A stretch of DNA of 64,000 bases from Methylophilaceae bacterium. GTDB lineage: Bacteria > Pseudomonadota > Gammaproteobacteria > Burkholderiales > Methylophilaceae. Of this stretch, positions 37,921-47,822 are shown one piece after another. How positions within the stretch are numbered: position 1 is the stretch's first letter; every line of letters begins with the position of its first letter. The DNA lies in the NCBI GenBank assembly GCA_031422335.1, contig JANOQW010000013.1, forward strand, positions 47,656 through 111,655. The letters are read 5' to 3'. The translations under genes and the position numbers were made by a program. Below the pieces are notes generated by a model that worked only from the letters and a program-made list of their open reading frames with translations, made no database searches and was not told the DNA's origin.

Positions 37921-37937
37921 GCCAAATAGTTATTAAT

Positions 37938-38921
37938 ATGTGTAAAAAAAATCAAAATAAAATGCCCTTAGTAAGTATCGTTATCCCTTGCTATAACCAA
38001 AAACCAGATTTTCTATTTCAGGCAGTAAAAAGTGCTTTAAATCAAACCTATTCAGATATTCAGGTAATTGTTTCCGACAATCATTCTACTAATGGTTGCA
38101 TGGAGGCACTTAATCAGATTGAAGATCATAGATTAATACGAATCAAACCTGAAAATCATCTACAGTTGGTTGAACATTTTGGGTTTGCTGCTGGAAATAT
38201 TAATACCAAATACTTAAGTTTTTTATCGTCAGATGATTTGGTAAGTCATGATTTTGTTGAAAAATTACTGCCAACTTTAGAAAATAATCCGCAAATAGTA
38301 ATGAGTTTTGGCGAGATAGAGAATGTAAGGCACGATGATATTTCTGTTATCAGATATGTGTATAGAAACAATTCGCAGCAAACACAAATTTTTGATTATG
38401 CAAATTATATAAAAAAAATACTTAAATTTAGTAGGGAAATTGGCTGGATGCCAGGGAGTTTGATAAAAACAGATACATTTTATAAAGCAGGTGGCATAAA
38501 CAGAGATAATCTTTTTTATTCAGCAGATTACTCATTATTACTCAGGCTATTAGAGTTAGGAAATATCTATTATTTAAACCATGTTACTGGTAAAAATAGA
38601 TCATGGATGTCAGTACATGGTAAAACTGATGCTGTAAGAATCGTTAAGAGTATTGAGGATTATAAAAAACTGAAATTGATTATGCTAGAGACACGGTCAA
38701 ACTTATCAGATGATATTAATCATGGGTTTGAACGATTGAAATATAAGCAAGCCGTTTTATTTGCATGGCACGCTGGTAACAAAGAGCTTAGCAGCGAAGA
38801 AATTAAAAAAGTAAAAAATGATGAATATTTTAGCAATTGGAAATTAAAATTATTTATTAATCTTTTGTTGTTTAAGCCTGTAAATATAGCAATGAAATAT
38901 GCTCTTAGAAATAAACTTTAA
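37938..38921 (+). CDS. GT2 glycosyltransferase
   Basis: LVSIVIPCYN, VSDNHS, FLSSDD. Start placed at ATG 37938 (37962 also possible). Confidence 0.85.
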   Translation: MCKKNQNKMPLVSIVIPCYNQKPDFLFQAVKSALNQTYSDIQVIVSDNHSTNGCMEALNQIEDHRLIRIKPENHLQLVEHFGFAAGNINTKYLSFLSSDDLVSHDFVEKLLPTLENNPQIVMSFGEIENVRHDDISVIRYVYRNNSQQTQIFDYANYIKKILKFSREIGWMPGSLIKTDTFYKAGGINRDNLFYSADYSLLLRLLELGNIYYLNHVTGKNRSWMSVHGKTDAVRIVKSIEDYKKLKLIMLETRSNLSDDINHGFERLKYKQAVLFAWHAGNKELSSEEIKKVKNDEYFSNWKLKLFINLLLFKPVNIAMKYALRNKL

Positions 38922-38944
38922 TAATGAAGATCCAGTATTAAATT

Positions 38945-39928
38945 TTGAAAAATTTAATCGCAATAACAGGTGCAACAGGACTTATTGGCCAAAAGCTTGT
39001 TGCTGCCCATTTGACAATTGGCAATGAGGTTCGCTATTTAACTCGCGCTAACAATAGACCAATACATAGCGCTGAAGCTTTTATTGCAGATGTCAATTCA
39101 ACGCCTGATAAATTACTATCATTTTTTAAAAATGTAGATATTTTGTATCACTGCGTAGGTGAGCTTAAAGATGAGGCTGTTATGCATAGTACCCATGTGA
39201 GGGGTACTATGAATTTATTAAGTCTATTAGAGCAATCTCGTTTGCAGTATCAGGATGACTTCCATTGGGTTCAGCTAAGTAGTTGCGGGGCTTATGGCAA
39301 GCCCACTTTGCACTCCTCTGTGGCACGCTATATAAATGAAGATACAGATGACAATCCAAGTGGTGAGTATGAGCACACCAAAACAGAAGCTGACAGATTG
39401 GTAATGGCTTTTGCTGAAAAACATAATTGGTTTAAATATACGATTATTCGTCCGACTAATGTTTTTGGCGTTGGTATGCGAAGCACAGCGATTATCAGTA
39501 TTGCAAAGCTAGTAAAAAGAAAACTTTTTTTCTATGTGGGAAATAAAAATGCAATCGCTAATTTTGTCCATGTCGATGACGTGATTAATGCAATGGTGCT
39601 CTCTAAAAAGCAACTTAATGCGTATAACCAAATTTTTATTGTTTCAAATGACTGTAAGTTTAGTGATGTGATAGATACCATTGCCAGTGCTTTAAATGTC
39701 AGTAAGCCGGCTTGGGTAATCAATGAGTTTTTATTGCGTAAGTTTGTTGGCCTGACCGGCAATATATTTAAGTTACCAATTAACAATGCACAGATTGATG
39801 TCATGATGCGCCAAACCTATTACAGCAACCAAAAAATTAAAAGCCAGCTTAATTGGATGCCCTCTACTTCGGTTTTGAATCAATTAGAGATGCACATTAA
39901 AGCTGTTTTTGCTGATTCAAATGGCTAA
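38945..39928 (+). CDS. NAD-dependent epimerase/dehydratase
   Basis: ITGATGLIG, QLSSCGAYG, YEHTK, RPTNVFG. Confidence 0.82.
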   Translation: MKNLIAITGATGLIGQKLVAAHLTIGNEVRYLTRANNRPIHSAEAFIADVNSTPDKLLSFFKNVDILYHCVGELKDEAVMHSTHVRGTMNLLSLLEQSRLQYQDDFHWVQLSSCGAYGKPTLHSSVARYINEDTDDNPSGEYEHTKTEADRLVMAFAEKHNWFKYTIIRPTNVFGVGMRSTAIISIAKLVKRKLFFYVGNKNAIANFVHVDDVINAMVLSKKQLNAYNQIFIVSNDCKFSDVIDTIASALNVSKPAWVINEFLLRKFVGLTGNIFKLPINNAQIDVMMRQTYYSNQKIKSQLNWMPSTSVLNQLEMHIKAVFADSNG

Positions 39929-41060
39929 ACCAATAAAAAAAATCTGCTTTGTCCTTACTGCAGAGTTTGCAGTGCGCGCGTTCTTGTTAAACCATCTGCG
40001 CGCATTAACAGATATTTATGATGTAACGGTTATTGTGAATACGAACAACCCTAATTTTTTGGATGAGCTAGGTATTAGTGCAACAGTTGTACCACTGGAA
40101 ATTGCGCGAGATATTAGTGTATTTTCAGATTTATGTTCACTGGTTGAGTTAACGCAAATTTTTTATCAAAAAAGATTTGCATTAGTACATTCAGTTACAC
40201 CAAAAGCTGGATTGTTGGCAATGTTAGCTGGTTGGATAGCACGTGTGCCTATACGAGTACACACATTTACGGGGCAAGTCTGGGTAACTAAAACAGGCAT
40301 TAAACGGTTTTTATTAAAACAGTTTGATTGGCTTATTGCCTTGTTTTCTACACACAATATTGTGGATAGTCCATCGCAATGTCAGCTTTTGATTGATCAA
40401 AATGTCATCAAGCTAGAAAAATCTATTGTATTTGCAAAGGGGTCAATTTCTGGTGTTGATTTGACTAGGTTTAAATTTAACGAAGGGATGAGAACAGCAA
40501 TTAGGCAACAGCTGAACATACCAAACGGGGCAATAGTTTTTTTGTTTCTTGGACGCTTAACAAGGGATAAAGGCGTGCTAGATCTGGCGCAGGCATGGCA
40601 CGATACTCGTTTTAGCAAAGCACATTTGATTTATGCAGGGCCCGATGAACAAAATATGCAAATTCAGATTACACGCTTAGCAGAAAATGATAAAAAGAAT
40701 ATACATTTTACAGGGCATACTAACGCACCAGAATATTATATGTCTGCGGCAGATGTGTTGTGTTTACCGAGTTATCGTGAAGGCTTCGGTAGTGTGGTAA
40801 TTGAAGCTGCGTCAATTGGTATTCCGACAGTTGCATCACGTATTTATGGCATTACAGATGCAGTTATTGATGGTGAAACAGGGATGTTACATAAGCCGCG
40901 TGACATTAAAGCAATCAAAAACTGCATAGAAAATATCATGAATAATGAAGCATTAAGGTTAAAATTGGGTCAGCAAGCTCAGGTGCGTGCTATGGAATAT
41001 TTTGATAGCAAATTAATAACGCAAGAATGGGTAAATTTCTACAATATAAACTTAAAATGA
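39921..41060 (+). CDS. GT4 glycosyltransferase (PglA/Cap1E-like)
   Basis: VHSVTPKAGLL, HTFTGQ, FLGRLTRDKG, LPSYREGFG..IEAA. Confidence 0.88.
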   Translation: MAKPIKKICFVLTAEFAVRAFLLNHLRALTDIYDVTVIVNTNNPNFLDELGISATVVPLEIARDISVFSDLCSLVELTQIFYQKRFALVHSVTPKAGLLAMLAGWIARVPIRVHTFTGQVWVTKTGIKRFLLKQFDWLIALFSTHNIVDSPSQCQLLIDQNVIKLEKSIVFAKGSISGVDLTRFKFNEGMRTAIRQQLNIPNGAIVFLFLGRLTRDKGVLDLAQAWHDTRFSKAHLIYAGPDEQNMQIQITRLAENDKKNIHFTGHTNAPEYYMSAADVLCLPSYREGFGSVVIEAASIGIPTVASRIYGITDAVIDGETGMLHKPRDIKAIKNCIENIMNNEALRLKLGQQAQVRAMEYFDSKLITQEWVNFYNINLK

Positions 41061-41656
41061 TTAAAAGATTACTCGATTTATTTTTTGCAGGCTTTATTAG
41101 TCTAATATTTGCGCCAGTCGCAGTCATATTGGCATGCTTCATCCGTTGTTCAATGGGAGGTCCCGTTTTATTTAAACAACAACGCTCAGGAGAAAATGCC
41201 AAACCTTTTTATATTTATAAATTTCGAACCATGAGCAATGTTAAAGATAGCCATGGCGAATTGCTATCTGATGCCGAGCGAATTACTGCTTTTGGTCGAT
41301 GGCTACGATCAACTAGCTTGGATGAGTTGCCTAGCCTTTGGAACGTATTGAAGGGTGACATGAGCCTAGTTGGGCCTCGCCCATTGTTGATGGAGTATGT
41401 GCCATTGTACAATACTGAACAAGCTCGCAGGCATGAAGTTAAGCCAGGCGTCACAGGTTGGGCGCAAGTGAATGGTCGCAATACCATCAGTTGGGAAGAA
41501 AAGTTTATGCTTGATATCTGGTACGTTGATAATCAGTCATTCTGGTTAGATATTAAGATTATCTTATTGACTATTAAAAAAGTATTTCTTAGAGATGGAA
41601 TAAGCGCTGAGGGCGAAGCTACAATGCCAAAATTTACTGGAAGCTCTAAACAATAA
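41057..41656 (+). CDS. Initiating phosphoglycosyltransferase (PglC-like)
   Basis: MIKRLLD, YKFRTM, RSTSLDELP, GDMSLVGPRP, PGVTGWAQVNGRN. ATGA overlap with the upstream gene. Confidence 0.9.
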   Translation: MIKRLLDLFFAGFISLIFAPVAVILACFIRCSMGGPVLFKQQRSGENAKPFYIYKFRTMSNVKDSHGELLSDAERITAFGRWLRSTSLDELPSLWNVLKGDMSLVGPRPLLMEYVPLYNTEQARRHEVKPGVTGWAQVNGRNTISWEEKFMLDIWYVDNQSFWLDIKIILLTIKKVFLRDGISAEGEATMPKFTGSSKQ

Positions 41657-42252
41657 TGCAAAACTATATCTATGGTGCTGGTGGGCATGGCAAGGTGGTA
41701 TTAGATGCCATGCAAGTTGCATGTATTGACTGTACTGGGTTTGTTGATGATAAAGAGATTTCTACTTGGATGGGTCTAAAAGTCTATCAGCCGTCTGTAA
41801 TGGATTTGGAAGCTGAAATTTATTTGCATCTTGCAGTTGGTAACAGTAAAGCGAGAGAAGATATTGCAACAAGGCTTACGAAGGTGAGATTTTTCAGTAT
41901 AAGCCACCCAACAGCAATAATTGCTAAAACCGCACAAATTGGTTCAGGCACATTTATAGCTGCACAATCCATTATTGCGCCAGATGCGCAGATTGGTAAC
42001 CATAGCATTGTTAATCATGCTGCGGTTGTGGATCATGATTGCGTGGTGGGGGATTACACACATATTGCACCTCATTCTAGCTTAGGAGGCGGTGTAAAAG
42101 TTGGTAAAGGTGTACTAATTGGCGCGGGCGCTGTTGTATTGGCTGGTATCACAATTGCCAACTATGCAATTATTGGAGCAGGTGCAGTTGTAACAAAAAA
42201 TATTGCAGCAGGAACGACTGTTATTGGCAATCCAGCTAAATCTATGAATTAA
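41656..42252 (+). CDS. Sugar N-acetyltransferase (PglD/NeuD family)
   Basis: IYGAGGHGKVV, VDHDC, hexapeptide repeats, GNPAK. Confidence 0.88.
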   Translation: MQNYIYGAGGHGKVVLDAMQVACIDCTGFVDDKEISTWMGLKVYQPSVMDLEAEIYLHLAVGNSKAREDIATRLTKVRFFSISHPTAIIAKTAQIGSGTFIAAQSIIAPDAQIGNHSIVNHAAVVDHDCVVGDYTHIAPHSSLGGGVKVGKGVLIGAGAVVLAGITIANYAIIGAGAVVTKNIAAGTTVIGNPAKSMN

Positions 42253-42270
42253 TCAGTCGGTCAATAATCA

Positions 42271-43476
42271 GTGCTAAATCACCCAAATATCTCCCCTTGG
42301 CCTTATTACGAGGCCGATGAAGTAGAAGCTGCTACTCATACACTAAAATCAGGTAAAGTAAATTACTGGACAGGTGAATTGGGTCGACAGTTTGAAGTTG
42401 CTTATGCAAAATCAGTAGGTAAGCAATTCGGTATTGCACTTTCTAACGGTACTGTGGCTTTAGAATTAGCCTTGCGAGTATTAGGGGTGCAAGCCGGGGA
42501 TGAAGTAATAGTTGCAAGCCGAAGTTATGTCGCTTCTGCAAGTTGTGTTTTGTTGATAGGGGCCATACCCATATTCGCTGATGTCGATGCTATTAGCGGA
42601 AATATTAGTGCAGAAACTATAGCGCCGCTTATTACAAAAAAAACCAAAGCGATTATTCCTGTGCATGTGGGCGGCTTGCCGTGCGACATGCCCGCTATCA
42701 TGGCACTTGCTGACAAATATAATCTTAAGGTTATTGAAGATTGCGCGCAAGCGCATGGCGCCATTATAGCCGACAAACCAGTAGGGGCTTGGGGGCATGC
42801 AGCGATATTTAGTTTTTGCCAAGATAAAATTATTTCTACAGGCGGTGAAGGTGGCATGTTGTTGTTAGATGATTTGGTCGCATATAAAAAAGCTTGGGCA
42901 TACAAAGACATTGGTCGCAGCTATGATGCGGTACACAATCAGCCGTACGTTGGAGGTTTTAGATGGCTAACTGAAAGCGCTGGGTCAAACTTTAGAATAA
43001 CTGAGTTCCAGGCAGCGATAGGATTAAAACAGCTAGAAAAATTGCCGAATTGGGTAAAGCTTAGAAATAAGAATGCAAAAGCTCTCATTAGCATTCTTAA
43101 GCAGTTTGATTTTATTGATGTGCAAGAAGCTGAGTTAGCGGATGGTCTGAATGCATATTATAGGCTTTATGCTAAAGTGAAGAAAAATGTAGTTGTTAAC
43201 GGCAAATCAGATGAGACACTTAGGGACTATATAATAAATCAGTTCGTGGTTGCTGGCGTGCCATGCTTTTCTGGGTCATGTGCCGAAATATATAGGGAAA
43301 AATTATTTGCCAACTTAGCACCAAGCAAGAGATTAGAAAATGCTGCACTATTTTCAAATAACGCATTTTGTTTTTTAGTACATCACACCATTACTAATGA
43401 GCAATTAAGCTTAATGAGCCATAATATTAAACAACAGTTATCAAGCTTGATTTTAAAGACTAAGACTTTAAATTGA
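42271..43476 (+). CDS. DegT/DnrJ/EryC1/StrS aminotransferase (PglE-like)
   Basis: NGTVALELAL, IEDCAQAHGA, FSFCQDKIISTGGEGG, NFRITEFQAAIG. Confidence 0.9.
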   Translation: MLNHPNISPWPYYEADEVEAATHTLKSGKVNYWTGELGRQFEVAYAKSVGKQFGIALSNGTVALELALRVLGVQAGDEVIVASRSYVASASCVLLIGAIPIFADVDAISGNISAETIAPLITKKTKAIIPVHVGGLPCDMPAIMALADKYNLKVIEDCAQAHGAIIADKPVGAWGHAAIFSFCQDKIISTGGEGGMLLLDDLVAYKKAWAYKDIGRSYDAVHNQPYVGGFRWLTESAGSNFRITEFQAAIGLKQLEKLPNWVKLRNKNAKALISILKQFDFIDVQEAELADGLNAYYRLYAKVKKNVVVNGKSDETLRDYIINQFVVAGVPCFSGSCAEIYREKLFANLAPSKRLENAALFSNNAFCFLVHHTITNEQLSLMSHNIKQQLSSLILKTKTLN

Positions 43477-45378
43477 ATGAATTTTTATAAAAAAATAGTC
43501 AAGTATCGCGCGTTGCTTGCTGCATCTCATGATGTGTTCGCTGCTATTTTTGCATGGCTGGCAGCATTCCATTTGCGGTTTAACTTTGAAATTCCTGCTA
43601 ATTTTTCTCAAGCACTCTGGTTGGTAGCGCTAATTGCAATCCCGATTCAAATAATCATGTTTATTAAATTTGGTTTATATAAAGGGGTATGGCGGTTTGC
43701 TAGTATTCCAGACTTAAAACGTATCGTATCAGCCGCTGTTGTTTCAGCTGTACTGATTTCTGCATTATTGCTAATGGTAAATATCACTGTTGTTCCACGT
43801 TCAGTGTTATTGCTTAACCCGCTTTTGTTGATTTTATTAATGGGGGGTAGCCGCTTTGCTTACCGTGCATGGCAAGAATACCGACTATATGGACTCACAG
43901 TTAAACAGGGTACTCCAGTACTGGTTTTGGGGGCTGGTGATGCCGCGATTGCTTTGGTTAAAGAGCTCTCTAGGAATGACGAGTGGCGCGTAGTGGGAAT
44001 GCTAGATGATGATAAAGCGCTACTCGGTAGGGAATTGTTTGGGGTAAAGGTATTAGGCTCGATTGATAAATTAAAAGTACATGCTCAAGAATTGAATGTA
44101 AGTAACGCTATTATTGCCATGCCTTCAGCGACACACCAAGCGCGCAGAGACGCAGTGCTTTTGGCACAAAACCAAAATTTAAATGTGCTTACAGTGCCCG
44201 CTTTTGATGATTTGATGAGTGGCAGAGTGAGTATCTCGCAAATCCGTAAAGTGGATGTCGAAGATTTACTTGGACGAGAAACCGTTCGATTAGATAATCA
44301 AGGGTTACAGCAGTTGTTAGCAGGCGCCACTGTGTTGGTTAGTGGTGCTGGAGGCTCTATTGGCTCTGAATTATGCAGACAGATATTAAAATTTAAGCCT
44401 AGCAAATTAGTATGCTTTGATATATCTGAGTATGCTCTTTATCAGCTAGAGCAAGACCTGCTGGGAGATGCCAACACAACTGAACTAGCATTTATAATAG
44501 GTGACGTTAAAAATAAGCAAAGAGTTGAGCGTTTATTCTTGGAATATCAGCCAAAAGTGGTATTTCATGCCGCGGCCTACAAACATGTGCCGCTGATGGA
44601 AACGCACAATGTGGCTGAAGCTTTATCAAACAATGTGATTGGAACGCATGTGCTGGCCAGTACTGCAATGCTGGCAAATGTAGAGAAATTTGTATTAATC
44701 TCGACAGACAAAGCCGTGAACCCAACCAATGTGATGGGTGCTAGTAAGCGGCTTGCTGAGATGGTGTGCCAAAGTTTAGAAGGTGGTGATGCATCTAAAA
44801 CACATTTCGTCATCGTGCGGTTTGGCAACGTGCTTGGCAGCAGCGGCAGCGTGATTCCTAAGTTCCGTGAGCAAATTGCTCAAGGTGGGCCTGTCACAGT
44901 CACTCATCCTGATATCACTCGATTTTTTATGTCGATTCCTGAAGCCGCGCAGCTTGTGATGCAGGCAGGTTTAATGGGGCAGGGTGGTGAAATTTTTGTG
45001 CTGGATATGGGTGAACCGGTGAAAATTGCAGAGCTTGCTAAAGATATGATTCGCCTATCGGGCTTTCAACAAGACGAGATTAAGATAAAATACACTGGCT
45101 TAAGGCCGGGCGAGAAGCTATACGAAGAGTTGCTTGCAGATGATGAATTAACAAAACTCACTCCACACCCTAAATTGCGCATTGCGGCTGCTAGGTCGGC
45201 TGACGCACTTTGGGTCAAAAATCTATTAAAATGGATAGCCTCTTGTCAATTGGCGGATGAGGAGATCATTAAAAAAGAATTGACCAATTGGGTGGAAGAA
45301 TATGTAGAAAGCACGCATGAGCTGCCGGTTGCAAAACTTGCAGCGACGACTAGTACAATAACAAATACGATACATTAA
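43477..45378 (+). CDS. Membrane-bound UDP-GlcNAc 4,6-dehydratase (PglF/WbpM/CapD family)
   Basis: N-terminal TMs, [50 protein letters not shown]. Confidence 0.93.
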   Translation: MNFYKKIVKYRALLAASHDVFAAIFAWLAAFHLRFNFEIPANFSQALWLVALIAIPIQIIMFIKFGLYKGVWRFASIPDLKRIVSAAVVSAVLISALLLMVNITVVPRSVLLLNPLLLILLMGGSRFAYRAWQEYRLYGLTVKQGTPVLVLGAGDAAIALVKELSRNDEWRVVGMLDDDKALLGRELFGVKVLGSIDKLKVHAQELNVSNAIIAMPSATHQARRDAVLLAQNQNLNVLTVPAFDDLMSGRVSISQIRKVDVEDLLGRETVRLDNQGLQQLLAGATVLVSGAGGSIGSELCRQILKFKPSKLVCFDISEYALYQLEQDLLGDANTTELAFIIGDVKNKQRVERLFLEYQPKVVFHAAAYKHVPLMETHNVAEALSNNVIGTHVLASTAMLANVEKFVLISTDKAVNPTNVMGASKRLAEMVCQSLEGGDASKTHFVIVRFGNVLGSSGSVIPKFREQIAQGGPVTVTHPDITRFFMSIPEAAQLVMQAGLMGQGGEIFVLDMGEPVKIAELAKDMIRLSGFQQDEIKIKYTGLRPGEKLYEELLADDELTKLTPHPKLRIAAARSADALWVKNLLKWIASCQLADEEIIKKELTNWVEEYVESTHELPVAKLAATTSTITNTIH

Positions 45379-45389
45379 TAATTGAATCC

Positions 45390-46265
45390 ATGAATAAAAT
45401 TACCAAAGCAGTATTCCCTGTGGCAGGTTTAGGCACACGCTTTTTGCCTGCTACCAAAGCCAGCCCTAAAGAAATGTTGCCCATTGTAGATAAGCCCTTA
45501 ATTCAGTATGCGGCTGAAGAGGCAATAGCGGCAGGGGCTACAGAGCTGATATTTATTACCGGACGCAATAAACGCTCAATTGAAGACCATTTTGATAACG
45601 CGAGTGAGTTGGAAGCTAGCTTAGAGGCCAGCGGCAAGACTGAGTTGTTAGAAACCCTGAAAGCAATTTTACCTTCACATGTTTCATGTATTTTTATTCG
45701 CCAGCCAAAAGCACTTGGCCTTGGTCACGCAGTGCTGTGCGCTAGACCAGTAGTGGGCGATGTGCCATTTTCGGTAATTTTAGCTGACGATTTAATTGAT
45801 GCTAGCCCTGCCGCAACCAAGCAAATGGCAGAAATTTTTGCGCGTAAACAATCAAGTATATTGGGCGTAGAAGACGTATTGCCCTCTGAAACCGCCAGCT
45901 ATGGCATTGTCGATGCGTTTGAGATAGAACAAAATTTACTTCAACTAAACAGCATTGTAGAAAAACCAAAGCCTGCTGATGCGCCCTCTACGTTAGCTGT
46001 GGTAGGGCGCTACATACTCACACCTAAAATCTTTGATTGCTTGGAAAAAGTAAAGCCCGGTAAAGGTGGAGAAATTCAGCTGACTGATGGCATTGCAGAT
46101 TTAATGCGATTTGAGAATGTTTTGGCTTACCGCTTTGCAGGCAAGCGATTTGACTGCGGAAGTAAACTAGGCTTTATGAAAGCGAACGTAGCGCTTGCAC
46201 TAAAACATCCTGAAATAGCAAAAGAATTTAGTCAATACTTAGCCACTCTCAATAAGTTAAAGTAG
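45390..46265 (+). CDS. galU: UTP-glucose-1-phosphate uridylyltransferase
   Basis: [50 protein letters not shown]. Confidence 0.96.
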   Translation: MNKITKAVFPVAGLGTRFLPATKASPKEMLPIVDKPLIQYAAEEAIAAGATELIFITGRNKRSIEDHFDNASELEASLEASGKTELLETLKAILPSHVSCIFIRQPKALGLGHAVLCARPVVGDVPFSVILADDLIDASPAATKQMAEIFARKQSSILGVEDVLPSETASYGIVDAFEIEQNLLQLNSIVEKPKPADAPSTLAVVGRYILTPKIFDCLEKVKPGKGGEIQLTDGIADLMRFENVLAYRFAGKRFDCGSKLGFMKANVALALKHPEIAKEFSQYLATLNKLK

Positions 46266-46303
46266 CAATTAAACTGACACATTCTGTCGACCCCTGCGAG
46301 TAT

Positions 46304-46822
46304 TTGCTTAATGCGGAGCTAATTCACTGCAAAGATGCTGTGAATTTGGCAATATCTACAATAGCATCTCGGTTAAATTTAGACTATGCAAACGAGCCAC
46401 CTATAGTGTTATGCGTGATGGGCGGAGCGGTATATTTTACTGGTCAATTACTACCTAAACTAAACTTTGCGCTAGAGCTAGACTACGTGCAAGCAACCAG
46501 ATACCACGGCAATACCGAAGGTAATAAGTTGAAATGGGTGGTGATGCCAAAAGATAACATTAGCAATAGAAGTGTGTTGATATTAGATGATATTCTAGAT
46601 GAGGGTTTGACTTTAAAAGCGGTGGCAGATCAATGTCACTTGCAAGGTGCAAAAGAAGTGAAAGTAGCAGTTTTAGCTGAAAAGCTACTGAATAAAGCAA
46701 AACCTATCAGTGCAAATTATATTGGCTTAACGGTGCCTAACTGTTATGTCTTTGGTTGCGGTATGGATATATATGGTTGGTGGCGCAACCTACCAGCCAT
46801 CTATGGCCTTGTAGAATTATAA
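46304..46822 (+). CDS. hpt: Hypoxanthine-guanine phosphoribosyltransferase
   Basis: PRPP motif VLILDDILDEGLTL, YVFGCGMD, WRNLPAIY. Confidence 0.85.
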   Translation: MLNAELIHCKDAVNLAISTIASRLNLDYANEPPIVLCVMGGAVYFTGQLLPKLNFALELDYVQATRYHGNTEGNKLKWVVMPKDNISNRSVLILDDILDEGLTLKAVADQCHLQGAKEVKVAVLAEKLLNKAKPISANYIGLTVPNCYVFGCGMDIYGWWRNLPAIYGLVEL

Positions 46823-46881
46823 AAGCATATTGTAAAATAAGGTTAATAAGCGTTAAATAATCTTCTACAGCATTAGCCAAG

Positions 46882-47006
46882 TGTCAGTTTGCTGACATAA
46901 TTGTCGATGTTTTAGCTTAAATCATAACATTCTATTTAGTGTTATTTTTTAACTAATTGATTTAAAACAATAATAATACAAATTATAAGGTGGTATTAAA
47001 AATGCA
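46882..47006 (+). promoter_or_regulatory. Sigma54-type promoter architecture for epsA: UAS palindrome, IHF site, -24/-12
   Basis: TGTCAG-TTTG-CTGACA at 46882-46897; IHF consensus at 46950-46962 (reverse complement AATCAATTAGTTA); TGGTATTAAAAATGCA at 46991-47006 with exact GG-N10-GC spacing. Confidence 0.65.
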
Positions 47007-47051
47007 TTTGTCTCCTCATCAAGTACGATCTATATCGTGAGGAGTGCAGTG

Positions 47052-47819
47052 ATGGAACAGGCTACCAACAATCAGAACTGGGAACAGGTCTTTAGCGTTA
47101 TTCAAAAATCATTTACAATTAATAAGCATGTGGAGTTTTTTAATTGGTTGCAAGGTAGTGTTAGCCAGTTGCTGCCGCATGATGTTTTGGTGGCTGCATG
47201 GGGCGATTTCACTACTGGTGAACTTAACTTTGATGTTTCTTCAAATATCGAAGACATCCGCACACAAAAGCTTAATGACGCGCCAGGGGTTTTCTCTTAT
47301 TTAATGAGCAACTTACATCAGCGCTGGATAGACGGCGGTGAGAGATGGTTCCGCATCAATTTTTTTGACGCTGCAGGCATTAATAGTCAATCACCAACAC
47401 CGTTTACACGCAAATTGGCCGCAATGAATTCACTATTGGTATATGGGGTGCGTGATACCCGTGGCAAAAATGATTGTATTTACGTGTTTTTTGACAAAGC
47501 GCGTGAGTTTCAAGTACAACATTCTGTATTAGGCTTGTTAATGCCGCATGTAGACGCTGCGTTACGCCGTGTAGAGTGTGTTGAGGCGCCAATTACTGAA
47601 GAAGATATTGTCGAAGAGTTGGCGTTAGGCGGCTTAAGTGAGCGCGAACATGAAATTTTACACTGGGTTAAAACTGGAAAAACTAATTTTGAGATTGGCT
47701 TAATATTGACCATCAGCCCAAATACCGTTAAAAACCATCTTAAACGTATTTTTCAAAAGTTAGATGTGTCTTGCCGCGCGCAAGCCGTAGCAAAATATGC
47801 GCAGCCACGCCTAGCATAA
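47052..47819 (+). CDS. epsA: EpsA-type LuxR regulator (XrtB/PEP-CTERM-associated)
   Basis: LLPHDVLVAAWGDF, C-terminal LSEREHEILHWVKTGKTNFEIGLILTISPNTVKNH. GAGGAG RBS 7 nt before ATG 47052. Confidence 0.85.
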   Translation: MEQATNNQNWEQVFSVIQKSFTINKHVEFFNWLQGSVSQLLPHDVLVAAWGDFTTGELNFDVSSNIEDIRTQKLNDAPGVFSYLMSNLHQRWIDGGERWFRINFFDAAGINSQSPTPFTRKLAAMNSLLVYGVRDTRGKNDCIYVFFDKAREFQVQHSVLGLLMPHVDAALRRVECVEAPITEEDIVEELALGGLSEREHEILHWVKTGKTNFEIGLILTISPNTVKNHLKRIFQKLDVSCRAQAVAKYAQPRLA

Positions 47820-47822
47820 ATC

